Shown here piece after piece: positions 28,838 to 37,971 of a stretch of DNA of 43,043 nt. Where the stretch lies: NCBI GenBank assembly GCA_038217285.1, contig JBBQPO010000016.1:1-43043 (forward strand), read 5' to 3'. The translations under genes were made by a program, and so were the position numbers. The notes beneath the pieces were generated by a model that worked only from the letters and a program-made list of their open reading frames with translations, did no database searches and had not been told where the DNA came from. Within the stretch, counting starts at the first letter, position 1; each line of letters begins with the position of its first letter. Source of the stretch: Chthonomonadales bacterium (GTDB taxonomy: Bacteria; Armatimonadota; Chthonomonadetes; Chthonomonadales; Chthonomonadaceae).

Positions 28838-29605
28838 ATGTACGAACGGCCCCTTACGCCGGAAAAGGCCGGTCTTGATCCCCAGCGTCTCCCGACCCAT
28901 GTCGCCATCATCATGGATGGCAACGGTCGATGGGCCACCGAGCAAGGGCAGGATCGGCTCGTGGGACACTATCAGGGCTACCGGATGCTCAAGGAGATCG
29001 TCTATGCCTGCGACGATCTGGGCATCCCGTATCTGACGGTCTATGCCTTCTCCTCCGAGAACTGGCGACGGTCTCAGGACGAGGTCGGTGGCCTGATGAC
29101 CCTGATGCTGTATGCCATGCAGTCCGAGATCGAGGAGCTGATCGAGAACAGGATCCGGGTGCGTGTCTCCGGACGAATGAGCGATCTGCCGACCGATCTC
29201 CGCACCGAATTTATGGCCGCGGCAGAGCGCACCGTCGATTTTAGCGGCCTGACCTTCAATATCGCGATCAACTATGGCGGGCGAAGCGAAGTCGTAGATG
29301 CGGTTCAGGCCCTGGCGAGGGCAGTGCAGCGCGGCGAAATCACGCCCGAATTGATCGACGAAGCCGCGATCGCCGCCCATCTCTACACTCCGGACATTCC
29401 CGACCCCGACCTACTGATTCGCACGGCTGGGGAGATGCGCCTCTCCAACTTTCTGCTGTGGCAGACCGCCTACAGCGAAATCTACGTCACCCCGACCTGC
29501 TGGCCTGCCTTCGACAGCGCCGAGCTCGTCGCCGCTCTCGCCAACTACGCGAAACGCGTCCGCAAATTCGGCGGACTCGGCGCAAATTCGGAGAACCCTG
29601 CCTGA
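28838..29605 (+). CDS. uppS: Undecaprenyl diphosphate synthase (cis-isoprenyl transferase)
   Basis: HVAIIMDGNGRWA, YAFSSENWRR, NYGGR and DPDLLIRTAGEMRLSNFLLWQ. Confidence 0.97.
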   Translation: MYERPLTPEKAGLDPQRLPTHVAIIMDGNGRWATEQGQDRLVGHYQGYRMLKEIVYACDDLGIPYLTVYAFSSENWRRSQDEVGGLMTLMLYAMQSEIEELIENRIRVRVSGRMSDLPTDLRTEFMAAAERTVDFSGLTFNIAINYGGRSEVVDAVQALARAVQRGEITPELIDEAAIAAHLYTPDIPDPDLLIRTAGEMRLSNFLLWQTAYSEIYVTPTCWPAFDSAELVAALANYAKRVRKFGGLGANSENPA

Positions 29606-29641
29606 CAACTTGTATGTTCGCCCACACCACAGAAGGAGAAT

Positions 29642-30256
29642 ATGATGCGTAAACTGAGTTGGCTGCCCGTTGTGGCGGCTCTGTCTGTTTTATCCCCCCT
29701 CGCTCTGGTCGGAACACCGGCAACGGTCGCTGCGCAGGAGACGCCTGCACAGACGCCCCCCATTGTCAGCAAACCAGCAGAGGCGAAGACGATCCTGGAC
29801 GCCGCCTATAAACAGGCGAAAAAGGAGCGTAAGCCGATTCTGGTGATGTTCCATGCGACCTGGTGAGGGTGGTGCAAGCGGCTGGATGCCGTTTTAGACA
29901 AACCCGATTTCAAGGCGGCCTTCGCGGCCAACTACGTAATGGTAAACCTCGATGTGATGGAGAACGGCCCGAAGGTCGCGACCGATGAGAACCCCGGTGG
30001 CGTCGCCATCATGAAGACGCTCGGCGGCGAAAAGTCCGGCCTGCCTTTCTATGCCATCCTCGACGCCAAAGGCAAGAAACTCGCCGACTCGAACGTCATG
30101 CCCAAAAACCAGAACATCGGCTACCCCGGCTCCTCGGAGGAGATCGAGGCGTTCGGGAAGATCCTCGAAAAGACGGCTCCCAAATGGAAAGAGGCGGATC
30201 GTCTGAAACTCATCGACTATCTTAAACAGAACGCGCCGCCGAGCACGGGACATTAA
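29642..30256 (+). CDS. Exported thioredoxin-like selenoprotein (UxxC; in-frame TGA at 29864-29866 read as Sec)
   Basis: The ORFs 29642-29866 and 29939-30256 are in frame, with no other stop between them. Read-through gives ..VMFHATW-U-GWCKRLD.. and the thioredoxin cis-Pro loop GLPFYAILD. Signal peptide, AAGGAG RBS and a SECIS-like hairpin are present. Confidence 0.85.
29867..29905 (+). promoter_or_regulatory. Putative bacterial SECIS element
   Basis: Stem AAGCGGC (29876-29882)/GCCGTTT (29888-29894) with apical loop UGGAU beginning 16 nt after the UGA (G at loop position 2). Lower stem GGGT/ACCC. Confidence 0.65.
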
Positions 30257-30262
30257 CCCACG

Positions 30263-31420
30263 ATGAAACGACTGGTTATTCTCGGTTCGACGGGCTCCAT
30301 CGGCACCCAGGCGCTGGATGTCGCTCGCCGGCTGCCAGGCCGATTTCAGATCGTCGGTCTGGCTGCCAACGGAAATGCGGAACTTCTTGCCGCGCAGGCG
30401 AATGAGTTCCAGGTTCCTTACGTATCGATAGGTAATGAGGCGCGGCGACCGGACCTGCTGGAGCGGCTCGCGGCCCTCGGCTGGAGTCCGAACGTCCTCG
30501 TCGGCGTCGAAGGCATGTGCTCCCTCGCCTCGCTGCCGGAAGCGGATCTGATCGTCGTCGCGGTAGCCGGAGCCATTGGAATCGCGCCCACCCACGCGGC
30601 GCTCGAATCCGGCAAAGACATCGGGCTCGCCAGCAAAGAGGTTCTGGTCGCCGCCGGAGAGCCGACGATGGCTCTGGCGAAAGCCCGTGGCGCGACGATT
30701 TTGCCCATCGATAGCGAGCACTCGGCGATCTTCCAATGTCTGCAGGGCGCGCCGGAACGCAGCATCGAACGGATCTTATTGACGGCTTCCGGCGGTCCCT
30801 TCCGCACCGTACCCCGCGAAGCGCTGTCGCATGTCACCCCGGAACAGGCGCTGAAGCATCCGATCTGGAGCATGGGGGGCCTGGTGACGATCAACTCGGC
30901 GACGCTAATGAACAAAGCCCTGGAAGTCATCGAGGCGAAGTGGCTGTTCGACGTGCCGATCAAGAATGTCGAAGTGGTAGTTCATCCGCAGTCTATCGTG
31001 CATAGCATGGTCCGCTTTACAGACGGTTCGACGCTCGCGCAGTTGGGTCTTCCCGATATGCGGCTGCCGATCCAGTATGCGCTGGTCTACCCGGAGCGCG
31101 TCGATACGGGCCTTCCGCGCATGGAGCTTAGCGCCTACGCCAACCTCACCTTCGAGGCCCCCGACGAGGCGAAATTCCCGGCGCTCGCGTTGGCCCGCCA
31201 TGCTGTGCGCACTGGCGGCACACTGCCTGCGGTGATGAATGCCGCTAATGAAGCCGCCGTCGGGCTGTTTCTGGATCACAAGATAGCGTATTTGGAGATT
31301 ATGCGACGGGTCGAACGAGCGATGGAGAGCCATACCCCCGTGCTCCCGACCCTGCCGAATATCCTGGAAGCCGATGTGTGGGCGCGACGATCCGTTATGG
31401 AAGACGGAACGACGCACTGA
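30263..31420 (+). CDS. dxr: 1-deoxy-D-xylulose-5-phosphate reductoisomerase
   Basis: ILGSTGSIG, PIDSEHSAIFQ, LTASGGPFR, HP.W.MG, NSATLMNKALEVIEA, HPQSIVHSMV and NAANE. Confidence 0.97.
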   Translation: MKRLVILGSTGSIGTQALDVARRLPGRFQIVGLAANGNAELLAAQANEFQVPYVSIGNEARRPDLLERLAALGWSPNVLVGVEGMCSLASLPEADLIVVAVAGAIGIAPTHAALESGKDIGLASKEVLVAAGEPTMALAKARGATILPIDSEHSAIFQCLQGAPERSIERILLTASGGPFRTVPREALSHVTPEQALKHPIWSMGGLVTINSATLMNKALEVIEAKWLFDVPIKNVEVVVHPQSIVHSMVRFTDGSTLAQLGLPDMRLPIQYALVYPERVDTGLPRMELSAYANLTFEAPDEAKFPALALARHAVRTGGTLPAVMNAANEAAVGLFLDHKIAYLEIMRRVERAMESHTPVLPTLPNILEADVWARRSVMEDGTTH

Positions 31421-31452
31421 AGTAAGTCAATTACAAGGAGCCTTTCCTCATT

Positions 31453-32784
31453 ATGGATATGATACGAACCGCCGCTTATCTGCTCGCTGTACTGAGCATA
31501 CTGGTGATCGCGCACGAGTGGGGCCACTATATCGTGGCGAAACTCTGCAAAATGCGGGTAGATGATTTCTCGCTGTTTTTTGGACCGCGAATTTTCCGCC
31601 TGGGCACGCGCAACGGCACGGAGTATAATATCCGCAGCATTCCGCTCGGAGGCTTCGTCAAGATCGCAGGTATGGAGCCGGAGGATCTCACAAACGGTTC
31701 GCTTACGCTCAGCACCACCGGTAAGGGCATCTTTCTGATCGGCCTCGATGAGGCCAGGGTGGCTGCGGTCGATGTCGATCTTGTCTCCACTACCGTGCGC
31801 TCCACCGTGGATCAGGCGATCAGTTCCGATGGCAAGCTCCTGCCGCAAGGGCGCAGCGACCTGAACGACCTTCTGTTGACGACCGGTATCAATGCCGAAG
31901 AACATAAGTACATTCAAGCCGTGCTCGATGCCGAAAACTACGTCCCGGACCCGAATGGTTACAACCAGAAACCGCTCTGGCAGCGCGCCTCCACGATCTT
32001 CGCGGGTCCCTTTGTGAGCCTGGCTTTCGGCTACCTGCTCTTCTGCGTCATGGGCGTTACCACCGGCCTGCCCTACGATGCTAAAATCTATAATACGATC
32101 GATGGGATCAGTCCCAAGAAGGCTGCGGCTAGGGCGGGCCTCAAGCCCGGTGACAAGATCGTTCAGATCGACAACACGGTCATTACCGATGGTATGAGCA
32201 TGGTGGACACGATTCACGCGGGCCTGGGCAAGTCGCTGACGATTACCGTCCTCCGCGGTTCTGAGCGCCTGACCAAAGTCGTTCGCCCCGAGGCCGGACA
32301 GGTCACCATGATCGTCGATGGGAAACCCGTAAAGAAGACGGGCGGTCTTATTGGCATCGTTCCTCGCAGTGAGATACTGTGGAAACAGTACTCCCCGGTT
32401 ATGTCTGTTCGCGTGGGGACGGACCTTGTCCAGCAACTCGTCGTGGGAACATTTACCGGGCTTTTCAGTAAAGACGTGGGTGAGAACGCCGGCGGAATCA
32501 TTCGGATCACCCGACAGATTCACGAAGATAGCAAGGAAGGTCCGCGGCAGGTCGCCTACCATGCGGCTATGTTGAGTATCAGCCTCGGAATCATCAACCT
32601 CTTTCCAATTCCGATACTGGATGGGGGGCACCTGATGCTGCTGGCGTGGGAGGGTCTGCGCCGCCGCAAGCTGTCAACCAAAGAGGTCTACACGGCGCAA
32701 CTGGTCGGAATCTCTATCATCGGCGTTCTATTTATCCTGGTGATGTACAACGACATTATGCACGTGTTCGTTCATCACGGCTGA
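31453..32784 (+). CDS. rseP: RseP/RasP site-2 intramembrane zinc metalloprotease (M50) with PDZ domain
   Basis: HEWGH, IPLGGFVKIAGM, AGP, PDZ motif AARAGLKPGDKI, and NLFPIPILDGGH. Confidence 0.95.
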   Translation: MDMIRTAAYLLAVLSILVIAHEWGHYIVAKLCKMRVDDFSLFFGPRIFRLGTRNGTEYNIRSIPLGGFVKIAGMEPEDLTNGSLTLSTTGKGIFLIGLDEARVAAVDVDLVSTTVRSTVDQAISSDGKLLPQGRSDLNDLLLTTGINAEEHKYIQAVLDAENYVPDPNGYNQKPLWQRASTIFAGPFVSLAFGYLLFCVMGVTTGLPYDAKIYNTIDGISPKKAAARAGLKPGDKIVQIDNTVITDGMSMVDTIHAGLGKSLTITVLRGSERLTKVVRPEAGQVTMIVDGKPVKKTGGLIGIVPRSEILWKQYSPVMSVRVGTDLVQQLVVGTFTGLFSKDVGENAGGIIRITRQIHEDSKEGPRQVAYHAAMLSISLGIINLFPIPILDGGHLMLLAWEGLRRRKLSTKEVYTAQLVGISIIGVLFILVMYNDIMHVFVHHG

Positions 32785-33710
32785 CGCAAGGCCACTCCGA
32801 TGATGGAAGTAAGGCTGTCGATACCGTGGTGGACCAGGTATCGACGGAGGTCGCCCGCGATGTGGTCCACCGCCGCAGGATGAATGAGACTGGCGACGCC
32901 GACGGCGACGGCGGACGCGCCTGCCATCAGGAACTCAAGGGCGTCGTCCGCCGTCATAATGCCTCCGGAGCCAAGGATCGGTATCTGTACGCACTGGGCG
33001 GCGCGCCAGACCTGATAGAGCGCCAGCGGTTTGATGGCAGGCCCCGACAGCCCGCCGACAACGCCCGGCAGTCGGAAAGATCGAGCGCTCAAGCGAACCG
33101 CGACTCCGGGAAACGCCTGCGACACTGCGATCCCATCCGCGCCCGCCTGCTCCGCCGTTCGCGCCGCCACACCAATCTCCATTCCTACCGCCGGGAGTTT
33201 TGCGATCAGCGGTAAAGTGGTAGCGCGACGCACTGTCGAGACGACCGCAGTCAACAGCTCCAACTGCCGCGCTTCGGAGAGGGGTGGCGCCGTGGAACGT
33301 TCGGCGAAGAGAAGTTCGGGAGCCGTCAGGTTCAACTCCAGCGCAGCCACCGTTCCTGTCGCAGTCAACGCCTCCGCCAGTTGTTCCCACTCAGCCAGAC
33401 TATCTCCCCACACGCTGACGACCACAGGATACGGTCGTTCTCGCATTGTCGGCGCGGTCTCTCGAACAAAACTCTCCAGGCCGGGATTGGGCAGGCCGAG
33501 TGCATGCAGCATTCCAGCATGGGCCTCGACCGTGCGGGGCATCGGGTTTCCATCACGAGGCCAGAGCGTCAACGTCGGCGTGATCAGGGCGCCTAACTCC
33601 GTACTATCGGCCAGGTCGCGCACCTCGTTCCCATACCCAAACGTTCCCGATGCCGCCACGACGGGAGTCCGAAGCGACAGCGACGAAGTAAGCAAAGTCT
33701 GCATTTCCAT
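32775..33710 (-). CDS. Dihydroorotate dehydrogenase class 1B-like flavoprotein with degenerate active site
   Basis: PVVAASGTFGYG, GNPMPR, GGLSGPAIKPLAL, IPILGSGGI and EFLMAGASAVAVG are retained, but catalytic NxSCPN reads NLTAPE. The 3' end overlaps rseP convergently by 10 nt. Confidence 0.85.
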   Translation of the reverse strand: MEMQTLLTSSLSLRTPVVAASGTFGYGNEVRDLADSTELGALITPTLTLWPRDGNPMPRTVEAHAGMLHALGLPNPGLESFVRETAPTMRERPYPVVVSVWGDSLAEWEQLAEALTATGTVAALELNLTAPELLFAERSTAPPLSEARQLELLTAVVSTVRRATTLPLIAKLPAVGMEIGVAARTAEQAGADGIAVSQAFPGVAVRLSARSFRLPGVVGGLSGPAIKPLALYQVWRAAQCVQIPILGSGGIMTADDALEFLMAGASAVAVGVASLIHPAAVDHIAGDLRRYLVHHGIDSLTSIIGVALRQP

Positions 33711-33891
33711 ACCTTCCATTATACCAGTTCGCACGACATGGTCGCCGGATGTCTTTCGACCACATAAATTAGATTTACAGCCGGGAAATGCATGATTTCG
33801 GGAACACACTCTTGGAAGGCTCTGGGAGGCAGGAAAGGGCCGCACCAACGAGGAATGTAGCGGCGTAATCTCGTTGGGATGGAGAGTGATA

Positions 33892-34827
33892 ATGCATATC
33901 GTTCCTATCGTTGGATGGGTGGCCGCCCTTGCCCTGGGGACGATTCTGCCTGCCCAGAGCCAAACGGCGCCGCCCGCGCCAGCGTACCAACTCTATTCAA
34001 ACGGTGTGCCGAGTACGCTCGATGCTGCAGCGAAAGAGTTGGCTGGTGCCGATGTCGTGTTTTTCGGGGAGCAGCACGACGACCGGCAGGCGCATGCTCT
34101 GGAACGTGCCCTGCTGGAACGTCTCTATGCTCAGCGGCCCCGCCTGACGCTTTCGCTGGAGATGTTCGAGCGGGATGTGCAGGGAGTCCTCGACGAGTAT
34201 CTGCACGGCTATATCACCGAGACGCACTTCCTCCAGTCGGCCCGTCCCTGGCCGAACTACAAGGAGGACTATCGTCCCCTCATCGAGTTCTGCCGGGAGC
34301 ATCGGATACCGGTGGTGGCGGCCAATGCGCCGCGCCGATATGTCAACATCGTGAGCCGAAAAGGCCAGACGGCGTTGACGGATCTGCCGAAATCGTCCCG
34401 CACCTATCTCGCTCCCCTGCCCTATGCCATGACGCTACCTCCAGAATACGACCGCCAGTTGACGGAGATTTTCGGGGGCAACCACGATTCCGCGCCCGGC
34501 AAGCCCGCTCCTGTCGCGCAGCCCGGTATGCCGGACCCCGCACTGTTGAAACAGGCCCAGGGCCTGTGGGACGCAACGATGGCCGACTCGATCGCCCGCA
34601 CCGTTCGTGCCAACCGGGGTCGGCAGATCCTTCAGATCAACGGCGCGATGCACAGCGACAGCAGCTTCGGCATCGCCGCGCGGCTGCACGAAATCAGTCC
34701 GCGCCTCCGTATCAAGGTCGTCACGGTACGCCCGGATACCGGCTACCCCGCGCTCCCATCGGGGCTCGCGCCAGGTCTGGTCGACATTATCGCAGTCACC
34801 CCCGCCCACAAGCCGGAAACACCCTGA
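33892..34827 (+). CDS. ChaN/PhuW family (haem-uptake, Tiki/EreA fold) exported protein
   Basis: ADVVFFGEQHD, LSLEMFERDVQ, WPNY..DYRPL, AANAPR, QGLWDATMA and NGAMHS motifs; signal peptide. Confidence 0.88.
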   Translation: MHIVPIVGWVAALALGTILPAQSQTAPPAPAYQLYSNGVPSTLDAAAKELAGADVVFFGEQHDDRQAHALERALLERLYAQRPRLTLSLEMFERDVQGVLDEYLHGYITETHFLQSARPWPNYKEDYRPLIEFCREHRIPVVAANAPRRYVNIVSRKGQTALTDLPKSSRTYLAPLPYAMTLPPEYDRQLTEIFGGNHDSAPGKPAPVAQPGMPDPALLKQAQGLWDATMADSIARTVRANRGRQILQINGAMHSDSSFGIAARLHEISPRLRIKVVTVRPDTGYPALPSGLAPGLVDIIAVTPAHKPETP

Positions 34828-34843
34828 GCAGGAGAGATCGAGC

Positions 34844-36973
34844 GTGAGACAAATCGGAATTAAGCGAATCATCGGACTGGCAGCACTCCTCCTCACCCTG
34901 TTCCCTGGACGAGTAGGCGCGCAGGATCGGCTCAAAACCATGCCAGCCTACACCCGATTCCAGCAGGCCAGCCAGGACCTGAATGCGGCTCTGAGCAGTT
35001 TTTATAGCAGCGGTGTCGGCAGTGTGGTGTGGGCTGAGGACGGGAAGGCGGTGGGCTACGCGAAGGGCGGCAAGAACTACCGCTACGACCTGACGACTCA
35101 TCAGGCCACGGAGGTCGCACAGTCGGTGAAAGGCGTTGTGCCGGGTGGAGGCCGCAGACGCAGCGGAGGGGGAGGGCCGGAGCGAGGCCGACAGTTCGCC
35201 TCGGCGACCTCCCCGGACGGCAAACGAAAGGCGTTCTACAAAGACAACAACCTCTGGCTCAGCGATGGCGACGACGCCAATCCCGTACAGATCACGCAGG
35301 ATGGCGGCAAAGCGGCGCGCATCAAATACGGCACCGCCAGTTGGGTCTACGGGGAAGAACTGGATCAGGTCACCGCCATGTGGTGGTCGCCCGACAGCAA
35401 GCGCGTGGCGTTCTACCGATTCGATGAGAGCAAGGTTCCGGACTACTACCTTGCCATGAATACGCTCCAGACCCAGGATACGCTGGATGTGGAAGCCTAT
35501 CCGAAGGCAGGCGCGCCGAACCCGATCGCGGACATCCTGATCTACGACACCCGCACGAAGCAGAGCCTCACTGTAGATGCCCGAGACGGCAAACCGTTCG
35601 CCGATTCAACGGTCGGGCACTATATCTACGGAGTGGACTGGTCGCCGGACGGCACGGAACTCCTGCTGCACCGGACCAACCGCAAGCAGGACATCATGGA
35701 GTACGTGGCGTGCAGCCCGACGACCGGAAAATGCCGCGTCATCGTGCGGGAGACGTGGCCTGCCAGTTGGACGGAAAACCTGCCGACCATGCAGTTCCTC
35801 TCCGACGGCAAGCGCTTCCTCTGGATCTCCGAACGCACCGGCTTCCGCAATCTCTACCTCTACGACCTGACCGGCAAGCTCCTTTCCACGTTGACCCAGC
35901 ATCCGTTCGAGGTTTCGACGATTGCACGGGTAGACGAAGCGAACAACACCGTATTCTACATGGCGCGCGATGGCGACAGCCCGTACAAGTTCCAACTCCA
36001 TCGTGTAAAACTCGATGGGTCGGGCGAAACAAGCCTCACCGACCCCACCTACACGCACCGGGTCCAGATCGCACCGGATAGCAAGAGTTTCATCGATGTG
36101 GCGCAGGCCCATGATGTCGCGCCCATGACCCGCCTGGTCGATAGGGACGGCAAGATCGTCGAGAGATTCGGGCAGGCCGACCTCACGACTCTGACAGCCA
36201 AAGGCTTTCAGCCCGGCGAAACCTTTACCTATAAGGCGGCAGACGGCAAATCTAACTGCTATGGAGTGCTGTACAAACCAGCGAACTTCGACCCGTCGAA
36301 ACGGTATCCGTTGCTCGTCTCGGTCTACGCAGGACCGGGAGTCGGCGTTGCCGACCGCGAGAACTTCGCGCCTCCGAACATGCGCACCGGGCTCGGCTTT
36401 CTGATCGCGGAGTTCGACGGCCGTGGTCAGGAGGGTCAGGGCAAGGCGTTCAAGGACGCGCTCTATCGCAATCATGGCAGACCGGAGATCGACGATCAGG
36501 CGGCGGGCGTCAAGTTCCTGCGGCAGCGCCCTTACGTCGATGGCGCAAATGTCGGGATCTTTGGGGGCTCCTACGGGGGCTACGCCTCCGTCATGGCGCT
36601 GCTGCGTTATCCCGACGTGTTTCGCGCTGCCAGCGCCTCCTCCAGCGTGACGGATTGGCGCAACTACGACAGCGTCTATACCGAGCGCTTCATGGGGATG
36701 CCCGACGACAACAAGGAGGGCTACGACTTCGGGTCCGCCATGACGCATGTCGCGGATATGAAGGGCTATCTGCAGCTCTACTACGGCACGGCGGACAACA
36801 ACGTCCACCCCACGAACACCTACCAGTTGATCCAGGCGCTCAGCCGCGCCGGGAAGTCCTACGACCTCCAGATCGGCCCGGATCAAGGGCATACCGGCGT
36901 CAACTTCTCGCGGATGATGGAGTTCTTTCTGGACCATCTCGTCAATCAATCTGTCGCCCCAACAACCCCCTGA
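34844..36973 (+). CDS. S9B dipeptidyl-peptidase IV-like secreted peptidase
   Basis: GTG start after AGGAG. DPPIV N-terminal propeller (WVYGEEL, WWSPD, YPKAG); catalytic GGSYGG, YDSVYTERFM, GTADNNVH and C-terminal GH. Confidence 0.93.
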   Translation: MRQIGIKRIIGLAALLLTLFPGRVGAQDRLKTMPAYTRFQQASQDLNAALSSFYSSGVGSVVWAEDGKAVGYAKGGKNYRYDLTTHQATEVAQSVKGVVPGGGRRRSGGGGPERGRQFASATSPDGKRKAFYKDNNLWLSDGDDANPVQITQDGGKAARIKYGTASWVYGEELDQVTAMWWSPDSKRVAFYRFDESKVPDYYLAMNTLQTQDTLDVEAYPKAGAPNPIADILIYDTRTKQSLTVDARDGKPFADSTVGHYIYGVDWSPDGTELLLHRTNRKQDIMEYVACSPTTGKCRVIVRETWPASWTENLPTMQFLSDGKRFLWISERTGFRNLYLYDLTGKLLSTLTQHPFEVSTIARVDEANNTVFYMARDGDSPYKFQLHRVKLDGSGETSLTDPTYTHRVQIAPDSKSFIDVAQAHDVAPMTRLVDRDGKIVERFGQADLTTLTAKGFQPGETFTYKAADGKSNCYGVLYKPANFDPSKRYPLLVSVYAGPGVGVADRENFAPPNMRTGLGFLIAEFDGRGQEGQGKAFKDALYRNHGRPEIDDQAAGVKFLRQRPYVDGANVGIFGGSYGGYASVMALLRYPDVFRAASASSSVTDWRNYDSVYTERFMGMPDDNKEGYDFGSAMTHVADMKGYLQLYYGTADNNVHPTNTYQLIQALSRAGKSYDLQIGPDQGHTGVNFSRMMEFFLDHLVNQSVAPTTP

Positions 36974-36988
36974 AAAGTACAACGTTCA

Positions 36989-37846
36989 ATGACGATCGCA
37001 CTGAATTTCACGCCGGAAGAGAAGCGATCCGGCAAGATGACGGCGGAGAAGCTGCAGGAGGCACGCAGCGCGTTGCACCAGGACGGCTTCGTCGTGTTGA
37101 ACGATGTGGTGGACCTTACCCACCTCGCGACCTTGCGCGAAAAGATGCAGGAGGATCTCGCCACGATTCTCGCCCGAGAGGACGCTCCGTTCAACTTCAA
37201 CGCGGGAAACGTGCAGCAAGACCCCCCGCCGTTTCCGCCCTATCTCTTCCGGGACGTGCTGCTGAATGACCTCGTGATCCAGGTCACGAAAGCGATGCTC
37301 GGCTCCGGCCTGAAGAACAACTTCTATAGCGGCAACACGGCGCTGCCCGGAGAGCGCATGCAACCAGTGCACCCGGATGTGCCGCAGCTATGGCCCGACC
37401 TCGAAACCGCGACTCCCTCTTTCGGCTTCGTGGTCAACATCCCGGTCGTCGATATGACGCCGGAAAACGGCAGCACGGAGTTGTGGCCCGGAACGCACCA
37501 CGACACGACCCTCAGCGACGTGCGCGGCGACATCAAAGTGCCGGAGGAGGCGCTGGAGCGCCAGCGGTCGGCTCGTCCACCGGTGCAGCCTTCCTTGCGC
37601 TGCGGGGGCGTCCTGATCCGTGACATCCGGCTCTGGCATCGCGGAATGCCCAATCGCACCCCCACCCCACGTCCCATGATCGCCATGATCCACTGGATTC
37701 GCTGGTGGAACGACCATGAACGCATCCGATTCCCCAAAGACACCGAGGCGTTTTTCCAGCACCCTGACCTGAAAACCAACGCCCTATTCGTAGAAGGTCC
37801 GATAGACTACCTGCACCACAACGCCGCATACGACTTCCAGAAATAG
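36989..37846 (+). CDS. Phytanoyl-CoA dioxygenase (PhyH) family Fe(II)/2-oxoglutarate dioxygenase
   Basis: DGFVVL, HxD motif (QPVHPD), ENGSTELWPGTH and LWHRGMPN..R. Confidence 0.9.
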   Translation: MTIALNFTPEEKRSGKMTAEKLQEARSALHQDGFVVLNDVVDLTHLATLREKMQEDLATILAREDAPFNFNAGNVQQDPPPFPPYLFRDVLLNDLVIQVTKAMLGSGLKNNFYSGNTALPGERMQPVHPDVPQLWPDLETATPSFGFVVNIPVVDMTPENGSTELWPGTHHDTTLSDVRGDIKVPEEALERQRSARPPVQPSLRCGGVLIRDIRLWHRGMPNRTPTPRPMIAMIHWIRWWNDHERIRFPKDTEAFFQHPDLKTNALFVEGPIDYLHHNAAYDFQK

Positions 37847-37891
37847 GCGCTGTCTGTGATCCACAAAAACCGTTTGAGGAGAAAACTCATC

Positions 37892-37950
37892 AAAACAGAC
37901 AGCCACGGAAATGCCTCAAACGCATTTCCGTGGCTGTCTGTTTTCTTTTT
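37892..37950. terminator. Bidirectional intrinsic terminator
   Basis: Perfect 23-bp inverted repeat AAAACAGACAGCCACGGAAATGC (37892-37914)/(37922-37944), 7-nt loop, followed by CTTTTT, between convergent genes. Confidence 0.85.
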
Positions 37951-37971
37951 CTTGTTAAGCGGCTACTTGAT

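Noticed and set aside
29642-29866. Separate 74-aa and 105-aa proteins, or a pseudogene
   Set aside because: The stop sits exactly at the catalytic Cys position of a thioredoxin motif, the frame continues intact, and a SECIS-like hairpin follows. Sec recoding is more parsimonious.
30860-30930. Dxr variant MGGLVTINSA instead of MGxKIxxDSA
   Set aside because: Similar Asn-containing variants occur in functional actinobacterial Dxr, and the catalytic DSE, NK and E residues are intact.
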